Part shown: positions 28,907-39,800 of the stretch, in pieces | How the letters are laid out: every line of letters starts with the position of its first letter | Position numbering within the stretch: the stretch's first letter is position 1 | Assembly: GCA_030632085.1 (NCBI GenBank) | Contig: DAOVJY010000001.1 | Location: forward strand, 2,125-66,124 | Length of the DNA stretch: 64,000 nucleotides | Origin: Candidatus Omnitrophota bacterium | Lineage (GTDB): Bacteria > Omnitrophota > Gorgyraeia > JAGLLT01 | Direction: 5' to 3' | The notes under the pieces: model-generated | Told to the model about the DNA's origin: nothing | Databases searched by the model: none | The model's input: the letters and a program-made list of their open reading frames with translations, nothing else | Position numbers and translations under genes: made by a program

Positions 28907-30151
28907 TCACTTCTCTAACTTTTCAAAACATCGAGCCCAGCCATACAAACCTACCTTTTCAACCTCTGATTGCTCTGGAAAAGAATTAGCCAAAACTAAA
29001 TAGCAATAGAGGGCTTTATTTAATGCTGTCTGTCTATTCTTGACTCTTGATTCATACTCTTTTGCGACCTCATAATACCATGAGGCGGAAAGTCTTCTCT
29101 CTTCACCTCTGGTTTCTATTCCTTCAATAAATGCCTCCGCCCATTTTAGCTTGCTTAAAGTAAGTGGAGCTGAGAGTTTACTTTGAAAATTCTCATTTAT
29201 TTTTTTCCTAATTTCCCGCCTAAAAGTCTCTACATCTCCGGACAAATCTCTATCATAAGCGGCAATCTCATAACAATAAAGCGCGATTTGAAAATCTCTC
29301 CAGCGCTCGGCGCCCATATCAGATTCCGCGGTTTCTAAATAGCTATTAGCCATTACTAAGTATCTCGTACAATATTCCTTTAGTCTGCTTTTACTATCAT
29401 CATCTTCACTTTTTATAAGATCTGCTAAATATGAATTAATCGCTTTTACCGTTTCGGCGGTATAGGGCACAAGAAATTCTCTTTTTTTAAGCTTTTCTTT
29501 GATCTCTTTCTCGGTCATCACAGGGGCAAAGATTAGTCTCTCTTTGCTTAATTCAATCATCTCTTGCAACTCTTCAAGCATACTGCTGTCCGGATATGCC
29601 TTAAGAGCTTCCTTAAAGATATTCAATGCTATTTTATATTTACCGTTATTATAATAATATAGGCCTATATCATACGCGCCTTTTACTTTTGCCTTATATA
29701 TCTTTTGAAGTTGAACATCAATTATTGCCGCGCATCTATTATCTAACTTTTTTGCTTTATCAAACTCTACGGCCGCGTAATCAAAGAGGTTTCTTTCCAG
29801 GCAAAAGAGGCCTAACCTATATTGGGCTTCCGCGTCATCCTGATCTATGCGAAGAGTCATCTTTTTATACAGCTCTTCGGGAGGAAGGAGAAGTCCGCCG
29901 CGGGGCTGCCTCTTTTTGATAGATTTGATATCTATTCGCTTAAAGGTATGGATCTTATTTTCCGACTTTACGGTAATACTACTGTCATTGCCGCTAATTA
30001 CCTCGCCCCTTATCTCTGCCCCGTCCTTAAGGACAATTATTTTTTCCGCGTATAGAAAGGTTGAGGTTAATATTATTGTAATCATGAAGATAAAACTACT
30101 TATCAATCCGCGCTTATACATCTTGCCTCTTTTTTTTATAAGTTTCGCCAA
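28907..30151 (-). CDS. Exported TPR-like protein with ALYCY helical repeats
   Basis: Signal peptide; IVLKDG..IRG small domain; TPR-like AQYRLGLFC and AYDIGLYYY; two ALYCY repeats. Confidence 0.75.
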   Translation of the reverse strand: MAKLIKKRGKMYKRGLISSFIFMITIILTSTFLYAEKIIVLKDGAEIRGEVISGNDSSITVKSENKIHTFKRIDIKSIKKRQPRGGLLLPPEELYKKMTLRIDQDDAEAQYRLGLFCLERNLFDYAAVEFDKAKKLDNRCAAIIDVQLQKIYKAKVKGAYDIGLYYYNNGKYKIALNIFKEALKAYPDSSMLEELQEMIELSKERLIFAPVMTEKEIKEKLKKREFLVPYTAETVKAINSYLADLIKSEDDDSKSRLKEYCTRYLVMANSYLETAESDMGAERWRDFQIALYCYEIAAYDRDLSGDVETFRREIRKKINENFQSKLSAPLTLSKLKWAEAFIEGIETRGEERRLSASWYYEVAKEYESRVKNRQTALNKALYCYLVLANSFPEQSEVEKVGLYGWARCFEKLEK

Positions 30152-32259
30152 TATAAGACCCTTGTTGGCGGTAAATAGGTTATATACACATCCTCTAAGA
30201 CCGGCGTTTCTCTAAATTGCTGGTCACCCGGGTTATACCAGTACCAGCGATCACCCGGATAACTCTGGTTTGGGTCAATCTCAAAATTGGCTTTATACTG
30301 AATCTGGGTTCCTGTCAGGTTAACTGCTCCCTGTGTCTCTAAGCCGGGTTCAGCCGGACTCCAGTTTAAGCCGCCGTCTGTTGATAGTTGAAAATAAACC
30401 TTTTCAGTAGCCGAACTGGCACTGCTTGGAATAGTCACCGTGCCCCAAACCGCGCCCCACTCTACATCAGAATCAAAAGCGGCTGTTGGTAACTCGGTAG
30501 ATACAAAATGGGCATAATCTCCGTTGCCGTCAGGGCTTTTAGGAATTATCCTTATATTGTCAAAACGCGCCTGCACACCCCAACCCCAAAAACCAACCGC
30601 TCCGCTAATTACGCCCCCCACATTATCAGTTCTAAAGGAGCCCTTTAAACTATGGCTATTGTTTCTAAAATAGTACTTTACAGTTGAACCATCGCAGACA
30701 AACTTTACCCTCATCACCGTCCACCAATAATAATTAGGCCAAATAGTGGCGAAAGAGGAATGCCAAGGATACCATCTCTCGTGAGATGTGAAATGGAGAT
30801 GCCGCCACCAGGTTTCGTCTTTTATGCCTGATGCAAGAGTAGTCCTGTATGCAGGAAATGCTACATACCACGGAGGAGCGCCGCGGGCTCTACAACTACT
30901 CACACTATCTTCCTGTAAACTGTAAGAAAAGTCGGTCCATGTCATGCCGGATGAGGGGCTACTGCTTTCAAGCCAGACCGGACTCCAATAACTACCGGTT
31001 GTAAGCTCCAATTCTTTATCTGCTCCCGGCCTTAAGTCAGCATCTGTTATACTATACAAAGCTCCTCCCCATACATTTCCATCGGCACTTCCGGTGCCGC
31101 GTTTAGCCCAACTCGTATTGTTCATAAAAAAAAGAGCATTTTGCCCGCCTTCATCAAAATCATCCCAAAAACCTATCTTTATAGAGTCCGGGATAGTCTC
31201 AAAAGCGGACGAACCGCTATCATACAAAGTCTGTTGGTCTCCTCTTACCGGGCAATTATTAAGAGCGGTTACTTTCCAGGCAATAGGAAGCACAGCGCCG
31301 TCACTACCCTGAAAATCACTCTTCTTTGTCTGATTCTCGATGCCGTAGATATCTACAACCGCTTCTATCTTCTTCTCGGCAATTATTCTTATCTTCAAAG
31401 AGGTAGCATATAATATTCCTGTGGATGTCAGGGTGTATTTTCCTCCGGAATGAAAACAGAAGTCAGTTGTATAAGGAGAGGGTTTTAGCCTGTTGGGGTT
31501 AGCGTTGCTTTTAATATTATCTCTATCGCTGCTATTTAGAGGGGGAGTGGTTGTGACCATATTAATAAAATTATCAAATTTAGACCAGCTATCAAAAGAA
31601 TTGGTCTGTCTTTCAGCAATAATCTCATCTGCCAAACTATCTGCCCTCGGACCATTAATTACCCCTTCTAAAACCGCCTTTAATACTTCCTTTGAAGCAG
31701 TATTTATATTAATCGGGCATCTTGCCTCAGAACCGCCTGCGCTATTTATGGTGTTTGGATCCCGGTAAGAATAAATAGTAATGTCATTTTTGATGCTCTG
31801 ATAGACTGCGTCATCTATACCCGCGGCCCGCATGATCTGTTCTTTAGTTTCAAACGGACGAGCGCTAATAATCGCGTCCGCTCTTGTATAGTCGCCATCA
31901 CCCAGTAAACTCTTTAATAAATTCCTATTAACTTTATCTATATTTATCTTTCTCTGTTCATCTTCAATATCTACCGAGTAAAAACCGCGATTCACGCAAA
32001 GAGTACCGTCTGAATAATTACTTATGCTGCCCGTATAAATAAAGTTAACCTTGCCGTCAACCTTTAACCGGCTGATGGCATCGTTAATACCCGCCTCAGC
32101 TAAATATGTAGCTTTAGCGCCATTTATATAATTTGATGCAATAGCGTGCCCTAAACGCGCGTTTACAACAACAGCAAGGCAAATAAGCGTAAGAATTCCT
32201 AAAATACCTACGGTTAGTATTAATACATATCCTCTGCTATTATTTGCCTTTGTCATCAT
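30136..32259 (-). CDS. GspK/PilX-like minor (pseudo)pilin with C-terminal beta-sandwich extension
   Basis: Prepilin-like SRG|YVLILTVGIL, YLAEAGIN, IEDEQRKINI, PININTAS (GspK motifs); C-terminal GAVGFWGW..ARFDNIRI; start at ATG 32259 behind GAGG. Confidence 0.8.
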   Translation of the reverse strand: MMTKANNSRGYVLILTVGILGILTLICLAVVVNARLGHAIASNYINGAKATYLAEAGINDAISRLKVDGKVNFIYTGSISNYSDGTLCVNRGFYSVDIEDEQRKINIDKVNRNLLKSLLGDGDYTRADAIISARPFETKEQIMRAAGIDDAVYQSIKNDITIYSYRDPNTINSAGGSEARCPININTASKEVLKAVLEGVINGPRADSLADEIIAERQTNSFDSWSKFDNFINMVTTTPPLNSSDRDNIKSNANPNRLKPSPYTTDFCFHSGGKYTLTSTGILYATSLKIRIIAEKKIEAVVDIYGIENQTKKSDFQGSDGAVLPIAWKVTALNNCPVRGDQQTLYDSGSSAFETIPDSIKIGFWDDFDEGGQNALFFMNNTSWAKRGTGSADGNVWGGALYSITDADLRPGADKELELTTGSYWSPVWLESSSPSSGMTWTDFSYSLQEDSVSSCRARGAPPWYVAFPAYRTTLASGIKDETWWRHLHFTSHERWYPWHSSFATIWPNYYWWTVMRVKFVCDGSTVKYYFRNNSHSLKGSFRTDNVGGVISGAVGFWGWGVQARFDNIRIIPKSPDGNGDYAHFVSTELPTAAFDSDVEWGAVWGTVTIPSSASSATEKVYFQLSTDGGLNWSPAEPGLETQGAVNLTGTQIQYKANFEIDPNQSYPGDRWYWYNPGDQQFRETPVLEDVYITYLPPTRVLYWRNL

Positions 32260-32625
32260 ATCAACCTCAGTCAGGTCACGGTCAAAATCACTTATTTCTA
32301 AAATTATTCCCTTAACGCTCAAATAAAAAATCAAGACACTCGCTAAAAGAATTAACAATTACCGCGTGTCTTCTCATTCTTCACTTCCGCTTTTTGCAAC
32401 CTTAGCGTGATTATCTAAAGTATATCTTATATAATAAAAAAATTCAAGAGCTATCATAACTTATGTCAAGCCAAAGTTAAAATGTTCCCTTTTTAATAAA
32501 CTATAATGAAATCTCAAAAGAGGCATTATCTCAGCGGGAGGCATGATCGTAATGAAGCGAAAAGAGGTTATTTCTATTTTCTTAACTGCAGAAGGCTTTT
32601 ATTTTCTTCACTTGATAATCGCTCT

Positions 32626-33210
32626 TCACACTCGAATCTTTGCTTCAATAAGACCGCTGCCTAAAATACTTCCAATGTAAGCGCTTTTAGCAATTTGATA
32701 ACAGTATAAGGCAACTCTTAAATTTTTTTGTTCTTCTTTTTGAGGCGATTCGCGATCTTTCATCTTAGCGTTAAACTCGTCGCCCATATAATAATATCTG
32801 CCATAACATGAACTTCTCTCAGTTTCACACTCTAATTTTCTAATAAATATGATTATGGCATCCCTGTCTGATTTAGAATAAGGAATCAGGAGATCTCCTA
32901 TTTTATTTTTTTCCGCGTATTTTCTAATACTTACAATCTTCTGTTGAGCCAAAGCGTTAGTCTGCGGATATTGGGCGGTTTTATGAGCTATGTTATAGCA
33001 AAAAAGGGCGATATCCGGTTTTTTGTTATTCCTTGCCTGAAGCCTTTTTATCGGCGCCTTTTCTAAATAGCTGCCTAACTCTATGTATCTCTGGGCATAC
33101 TCTTATTTTAATTCATTATTACTTAGGCCATTAATAACCTTTATTATTACCTCCGCGTCTTTACGGCTATAAGGTATATGTAGGTCACCTTTTTTAATGT
33201 CTTGAGTTAC
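32626..33210 (-). pseudogene. C-terminal fragment of an ALYCY-repeat paralog, with in-frame TAA
   Basis: GDLHIPYS...NELK*EYAQRY...DIALFCYNIA...GDLLIPYS...RVALYCYQIA, similar to 28907..30151. Confidence 0.75.
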
Positions 33211-33685
33211 TCTGATAGGCCGCGTCATCTATACCCGCGACCTGCCTTATCTGCTCCTTAGTCACAAGCGGATAAGCGGCAATAATCGCGTCCGCTCTTG
33301 TATAGTCGCCATCCCCCAACAAACTCCTTAAAAGGTTTCTGTTGGCATCATCTAAATTAACCTTCCTCTGCTCATCTTCAATAACCACGGTATAAGAACT
33401 AACGCCATCTAAAAACTGCTCGACTCCATTAATAGAAATATTGCTATCAGAATAGTCAAATTTAAGTTTAGCATCAGCCCTTAACAGGCTAATGGCATCA
33501 TTAATACCCGCCTCAGCTAAGTATTTAGCTTTAGCTCCATCCATATATACAGCCACCTCATTCTGCTCTAAGCGCGTATTCATAGCAAAAGAGAGGCTGA
33601 TAAGCGTAAGCACAGCTAAGATGCCCACGGTTAATATTAAAGCAATACCGGGCTTATTGTTATTTGTTAAAAGAATATTTTTTAT
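33194..33685 (-). pseudogene. N-terminal fragment of a GspK-like paralog
   Basis: KPG|IALILTVGIL, YLAEAGINDAIS, LLGDGDYTRADAII nearly identical to 30136..32259; truncated after AGIDDAAYQS; ATA/ACG instead of ATG behind the GGAG RBS. Confidence 0.85.
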
Positions 33686-33902
33686 CGTTTTCTCCTGGTA
33701 TAAAGTTCACCCTATACAGATAGAATAATTCGCTCTTATGGCCCGCCCGAAGCGGAAACAATTGAAATGACTTATTATTAAAATAATTTAGGAGCAATTA
33801 AATGTTTTATCAAACAATCAAAAAAAGGGTTTAATAATATCATGATCCTATTCATCTGTCAATAATAAATTATTAACTTTTGATAGTAAATTTTTGCTTC
33901 CT

Positions 33903-34047
33903 AACGATTATTTATTTCGCGACTTAAATAAAAAAGGCGCTAACTTTTTATCAATCAGCGCCTTTAATATTTGTCACATTTTTTGCTTATTTTTTTTAGT
34001 TGTTTATAAACAAAAGCTTAACCCATTACAACTTTAACCTTATACGG
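33903..34047. repeat. ~145-bp direct repeat (copy 2) with terminator downstream of the GH144-like gene
   Basis: Matches 28071..28214; minus-strand GGCGCTGATT..AGTTAGCGCC followed by T6. Confidence 0.9.
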
Positions 34048-34096
34048 TTTTTTGCGCGGCTTTTGCGCCTTAATCACTTTATTATTTTTGCTTGTT

Positions 34097-36085
34097 TTAA
34101 GGCCGGGGCCGCTTAATAGAATCTACCAGCTCTAAGGTACCCAGTTTGCTGCATCCCTGCTGATTTATAAAATACCATGTAAGTTTAGCCGTCGCTGAAC
34201 CATCGCAATCATCTAAGTCATTAACCTTGGGACAAAGCCCCATAATCAAACCAACCCTTGGTTCAACTTTAAGAAACTCCCATTTTATAGCGGCTTCAAT
34301 AATATAACCGTTTTCGGTTTCAAGAAAGGCAAGCTTAATGTTATCTCCTATTTCCTGCCTCTGGAACCATGCCAAGGCCTGGGGTTTTTTATCTTTGCCG
34401 GATATAGTCAGGCCTATCTGGAAATCAAGCGGATTACCCCAAATTAATTTATTATTCTCAGGATCAATAAAAAGTTCAATGGTGTCATTGCGATATATCA
34501 TATTATCCTTATAGAAACTGAGTATCTGATTATCGGTTACTTTAAAAGCCGCGTAAAAATAATCATTATCCCACATAAACATACAATCACTTAATAAATC
34601 CTTATCTCTATCCGTAAGGTTGCCGTACTCCAGGTGTTGTTTTGGCTCTAACGCGATACATTCCGCGTGAGACCATTCGCTAAGTTTGCCGTCAATAAGC
34701 ATGCCTTGCGAGGTTTTAACAGCTAATATTCCGGGAACATCAGGTAACGCAACAACCTTAGAGCCGGGCTTAAAACCTATTTCCATAAGTGACTTTTGGA
34801 TGTCTTCATTTCTCATAAAATAATCCCAGAGCATTCCTGACCTGGCGTTTTCTATTCCTAAGATCATAGCACCTACATCAATTCCAATTACATCCTTCGC
34901 GTACCAATTACGAGTTACATTATAAGCGTCTGAAAAACCATACTTACCCCATATTTTATCCCCATGATTATCATACATAAACCTGAGGGCCGAAATAGAT
35001 TCTTCGGGAGTAAACATCATTGAGCCCGCGGCCGCTGTAGGGGCTACAGTCCCATCATGAACAGCCAGTCTCGTAGCCGGCGGGGCACCATACACCTTAT
35101 AACCTCCCGGGCCGTCACAAGCCGTCAAGCCCCAGGAGTCTTCTCCGTAAGACTTGTAACTTTTAGAATTATTAACGCAAAATTCTCTGTTAGCTAAAGT
35201 AGCTATTGTTGAATTCGCGTAGTAATCCGCGTATTTATCATGAATACCTCTTAAGTCAACCCAGAGCTGAGGAAACTGATGAGTAAATAAAGGTGAACAG
35301 ACAATACAGGTATATCCTTTATAACTTCTTATAGGGCGGTTAATCTCATCCCAGGCCGCGGCCGCGATAGGATAAGTCGGTGATCCAATTGCTAAAATAT
35401 AGCACAATATACCTTCGTTGTAATGATTCCAGCGAGCCATAAGCATTTTACCTCTATGATCCCAACCCATACTTAGGGTCCTGCCGCCAGCCAACATCCA
35501 CTGCCAGTCAGCTCTGTTGTAAAGTTCATTAGCTATCTCTTCAACTTCAGTACCTTTATAATACTCAGCGGCAGTTAAGGCGCCCGCTAAAAATATAGCT
35601 GTATCCATGGAAGATCCTTCTGAATTTGGTAAATGCCGGCCTGTATCCATGTGAACGAAATGGTAATAAAACCCGTGATTGCTTTCCATTTCATCCCGAA
35701 AATATTTAAGGGTACTTAAGACTCTTTCGTAAGCGGCTTTCTTGCTTACCCAGCCCCTTTCCTGAGCCACACAAATGGCACCCAAGCCATAACCTACGGA
35801 GGCCACAGACGCAATTTTCCTATCATCGGAAAAATTAAAATTATCAGCCCTGTCTTTAATTAAACCTGTTTCGGGATTAGCTTCATTCCATATAAAGAGA
35901 AAACACTTTTTTTGGACCATATCCAAAAATTCATCATCGCTCATAACTGAAACATCCGGTTTTGTAATCTCCGTAACCGGCTTAGGACGAGGAGCGGCGC
36001 AACCAAAAATTAGGGATACCGCAAAACATAAAATTGCCAATAACATTAAACCTAATTTATCCCGCTTCATTAAAAATCTCCTCAT
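34097..36085 (-). CDS. Glucoamylase-family (GH144 beta-1,2-glucanase-like) lipoprotein with C-terminal CBM9-like domain
   Basis: Lipobox LIFGC; PLFTHQF, WGLTACDGP, DGTVAPTAA, WGKYGFSDAYN, IGID, ENARSG; CBM9-like IDGKLSEW, MWDNDYFY, DTIELFIDP. Confidence 0.85.
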   Translation of the reverse strand: MRRFLMKRDKLGLMLLAILCFAVSLIFGCAAPRPKPVTEITKPDVSVMSDDEFLDMVQKKCFLFIWNEANPETGLIKDRADNFNFSDDRKIASVASVGYGLGAICVAQERGWVSKKAAYERVLSTLKYFRDEMESNHGFYYHFVHMDTGRHLPNSEGSSMDTAIFLAGALTAAEYYKGTEVEEIANELYNRADWQWMLAGGRTLSMGWDHRGKMLMARWNHYNEGILCYILAIGSPTYPIAAAAWDEINRPIRSYKGYTCIVCSPLFTHQFPQLWVDLRGIHDKYADYYANSTIATLANREFCVNNSKSYKSYGEDSWGLTACDGPGGYKVYGAPPATRLAVHDGTVAPTAAAGSMMFTPEESISALRFMYDNHGDKIWGKYGFSDAYNVTRNWYAKDVIGIDVGAMILGIENARSGMLWDYFMRNEDIQKSLMEIGFKPGSKVVALPDVPGILAVKTSQGMLIDGKLSEWSHAECIALEPKQHLEYGNLTDRDKDLLSDCMFMWDNDYFYAAFKVTDNQILSFYKDNMIYRNDTIELFIDPENNKLIWGNPLDFQIGLTISGKDKKPQALAWFQRQEIGDNIKLAFLETENGYIIEAAIKWEFLKVEPRVGLIMGLCPKVNDLDDCDGSATAKLTWYFINQQGCSKLGTLELVDSIKRPRP

Positions 36086-36089
36086 ATAT

Positions 36090-36165
36090 TGTTTATTTCT
36101 TGCTTCTTGCTTGTGCCTTTAAACTTGTGTCTTGTGACTTATTTCTTGTGACTGGTGACTTGTTT
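36090..36165. repeat. Degenerate heptamer tract
   Basis: CTTGTGT CTTGTGA CTTATTT CTTGTGA CTGGTGA. Confidence 0.7.
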
Positions 36166-36167
36166 AT

Positions 36168-36488
36168 TTATCTCCAAGAGGCCTGGCCTATCCATTCTCT
36201 CTTAAAAAACTTTTTCTTTAATTTAAGCCGCCTTACAATACTTTTAATTAATTTATTTCCGGCGCTTCCGGATATTAATATTTTCACAGATAAACTATTT
36301 ATGGCGGAAAGTTTGGCCTTTATTTCAAGTCCATCAACTTTTTTTCTTAAAAGAATGATTTTATCAAGGGGTATATAGGTGCTGGAGGAAACGCTACTAG
36401 ATTGAATATAAAGACGGCTTTCGTCAAGGATAAGCTCACCCTCTATAAGCCTGCCGCCTTCAATATATTTCGCTTCTCCAAAATTCAT
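36168..36488 (-). CDS. Hypothetical small protein (PH-like fold possible)
   Basis: 106-aa ORF with ATG, co-oriented with neighbours. Confidence 0.6.
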   Translation of the reverse strand: MNFGEAKYIEGGRLIEGELILDESRLYIQSSSVSSSTYIPLDKIILLRKKVDGLEIKAKLSAINSLSVKILISGSAGNKLIKSIVRRLKLKKKFFKREWIGQASWR

Positions 36489-36504
36489 AATTTAACTCTA
36501 AGCC

Positions 36505-36812
36505 TTTTACAGTCTACAATCTATGGTCTATGTCTAAAGTCTGTTTTTGTTTTTTTGTTTCTTGTCTCTTGTTTTTTGTTCTTTTTTTTGTTTTTGCTTT
36601 GTGCTTTTACTATGAGCCATCAGCTAAGAGCTACTTGCTTTTTGTTTTTTTGCTTTTTCTATCCGCTATCCGCTCTTCGCTGACAACTGATAACTGATAG
36701 TTGTAAGCTCTATGCTTTTTTGCTTTTTGTTTTTTGTTTTTGCTTGTGCCTTGTGCCTTGTGACTTGTGACTTGTTTCTTGTGACTTGTCTCTTATGACT
36801 TTATACTTGAAT
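36505..36812. repeat. Composite heptamer tract (several unit families)
   Basis: AGTCTAC/AATCTAT, CCGCTAT/CCGCTCT, CTGATAA/CTGATAG, CTTGTGC/CTTGTGA units; ends in CTTATGACTTTATACTTGAAA, an inverted match to ~2863-2883. Confidence 0.8.
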
Positions 36813-36849
36813 ATATTACCATAAAAATTAGGCCTAGGTCAAATTTTTG

Positions 36850-39800
36850 TTATCTATTAAAAAAAGTCATAAAACCGCTTGAATTCCGCCCATTTTTTTT
36901 AACTGTAGCATGTCCCGCGATTTTTTCCCAAAAATCATCAATTATAGCATATATACAAGGAAGAACGATTAAAGTGAGAGCCGTAGCGCACATAATACCC
37001 CAAACAATAGTCAAAGCTAGGGGCTTCAAAAAAGGATCACCTCCGCCAATGCCATAAGCAACCGGTATTAATCCGAAAACTGTTGTAACGGTTGTTAAAA
37101 TAACCGGCCTGAGCCTTAATTGCCCGCCTTCAATAATTGACTTCCCGCGCTCTACACCTTGCCGCCTGAGACGATTTATAAATTCAACCAAAACGATAGA
37201 ATCATTAACCACAATTCCGGTTAAACCGATAAAACCAACCATCATAAAAAATCCGAGCGGTAAACCATGAAAAAAGAAGGCCCAGATAACTCCAATGAGC
37301 CCAAAGGGTATAGCCATCATAACAATGAAGGGTTGAATCATTGAATTAAACGTCGCGGCTAAAATCATAAATATCAAAAATAATGCCAAACCAAAAGCTA
37401 AAATAAAATACTTAGCAACGTCTTCATTTTCCTTTTGCTCGCCACCGTAAGTTACATCATAACCGGGATATTTATTCTCTACACCGGTAAACTCTTTAGC
37501 TAGCATTTTATTAGCCGCGACTGATGTAATATTTTTATTATCTACATTGGCTCTAACAGTTATAACACGTTTACCGTCTAAGTGGCTAATTGACGATACC
37601 GCCTTTTTTTCTTTTAGGTGAGCAACTTTCTTTAGCGGTATCAGGTGGCCATATTGGTTAGGAATCATTATTTTATCAAATAAATTCTTATCAGTTCTTA
37701 ATTCCTCCGGAAACCTGACAACAACATCGATTTCTTCTTCAGCCTTAGTAGGTTTAATGGATGTAGCTACTCCTCCTTTAAAGGCAAATCTTACTGATGC
37801 GGCGATATCCTCTATAGTTACATATGAACTGGCAGCCGCCTTTTCATCAACAACCACCTGTATTTCTTTTCGCCCAACTTCGTGTGTATTTTGAACATCG
37901 GAAACACCTTTAATTGTGCCTAGATATTTCATAATTGACTCTGCTATTTCATTTAGAATTTCAAAGCTCTCACCCCTTATCTCAACAGCAATAGCCATAC
38001 CCACCGGAGGGCCTTCCTGCTCTTTTTCAAAATAAAGGTTATTGAACCCTTCTACGCGAGCCATTTGCGGCCTTAAGGCCTCAATTATCTCAGATACACT
38101 TTTAGACCTCTCCGTATAAGGTGTTAAATAAACAGTTACCTGAGCAACATGAGACCCGCTTTTACCATATTCATCAAACATCCAACTCTGGCCCATCATA
38201 CCTACCTGAGTAGTGTAAGACGCAAGTTGAGCTTCAGGCATTTCGGCAATCATTTTCTCAACCTGCTCTATTAATTCATTGGTCTTACTTAGAGGAGTAC
38301 CTACCGGAGCCTCTGCCCTTATATAGAACTGCTCAATACCTTCTTCAGAGCCAAAAAGGACAAAATTCATTAAAAAAGCTAAAACAAAGGTAGCGATTAG
38401 GGCCATAAATACACCGCCAATAACCCAATAACGCTTATTCAGCGCCTTTTTTAACACCCGCGTATAAAACTTAAGCAAATGCCTAAACCAGTGTGACTCT
38501 TTTTTAGAATCCAACTTACCTTTCTTGGGCACTTTTATAAAATCGGTAAAATGTGAAGGCAAAATTATAAGAGCCTCCAATAACGAAGCCACCAAAGCAA
38601 TGATTACTACCGCGGGTATATTTTTTAAGAACTTGCCCATCATGCCCGGAAAGAAAAATAAAGGAAAAAATGTGGCAATAGTGGTTAATACAGCTGTAAT
38701 AACCGGTTTCAAAACTTCATTCGTTCCTTTTATAGCGGCATCTCTGGGGCTATATCCCTTCTCAACATAACGTGAGCAGTTTTCAGCTACAATAATACCG
38801 TCATCAACTACCATACCCAAAACAATAATTAAACCAAACATACTTATGAGATTAATGCTAATTCCCAGGCAAGCCATAATTGTTACGGTAGCGGCAAAAG
38901 CAATTGGTATGCCCAAAGCAGTTAATAACGCGGTTCTGTGGTTTAGGAAAAACATAAGCACACAAATAACTAAAATAAAGCCTACGATTCCGTTATTCTT
39001 TAACACACCGAGGCGCCGCTTGATATAATAAGACAAATCATCAATATATGATACCCGGAGATTTTCATCTTCACGGCTTATAAATTCTTCGGTTCGCCTT
39101 ACAGCCTCATCGACTATCGTGACCGCGTCTCCGCTTGAACGTTTTATAACCGTCAGAGCAATCGACCTGCTGCCGGAGCTTTTATTAATGATATCCTCAT
39201 CCTCAAAAGTAAACTTAACTTTAGCAACATCTTTAATCTTAAGCGCGTTACCCAAATCATTAGCCCTGATGATAACATTTTCTATCTCATCCAAAGTAAA
39301 AAATTCACCCGTTGTTCTAATGGTAATTTCTTCAGCGCCTCTAATTTTACCGGCCGGTATACTGACATTCCTTTTACCTAAGGCATTCATAACCTCCCGC
39401 AAACTTACATGTACTTCCTTTAGTTTAGCGGGATCGATCTCGATCCAGACTTCCCTATCTCGCCAGCCGGTCCTGGAGATTGAAGACACACCCGGAACAT
39501 CCTCTATTTCATCTTCTAAGCGCTCAGCGATGCCCTGTAGTTTTTCTTCACTCATCTGCCCGCTTAAAACGATTTTAACAATGGGAATTACACCTGAAGT
39601 AATTTCTGTAACAATAGGCTCTTCGGCATCATCAGGCAAACCGGTTACTCTATTAATTGCCTGCTCTATATCATCAACTACCTTATCTTTATCTTTTACA
39701 TCCTGGCTAATATCCAGTTGTATTGAAGAAACATTATCAATTGAGCTGGATACCATGGTTTCAATACCATCAACACCTTTAAGCTCTTTCTCCATAGGTA

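Noticed and set aside
32260-32358. 33-aa N-terminal extension of the GspK-like ORF
   Set aside because: The prepilin-type leader and GAGG RBS point to ATG 32259.
30136-33685. Diversity-generating retroelement acting on the pilin-like genes
   Set aside because: No reverse transcriptase is present, and the duplicated part is the N-terminus with no adenine-specific mismatch pattern evident.
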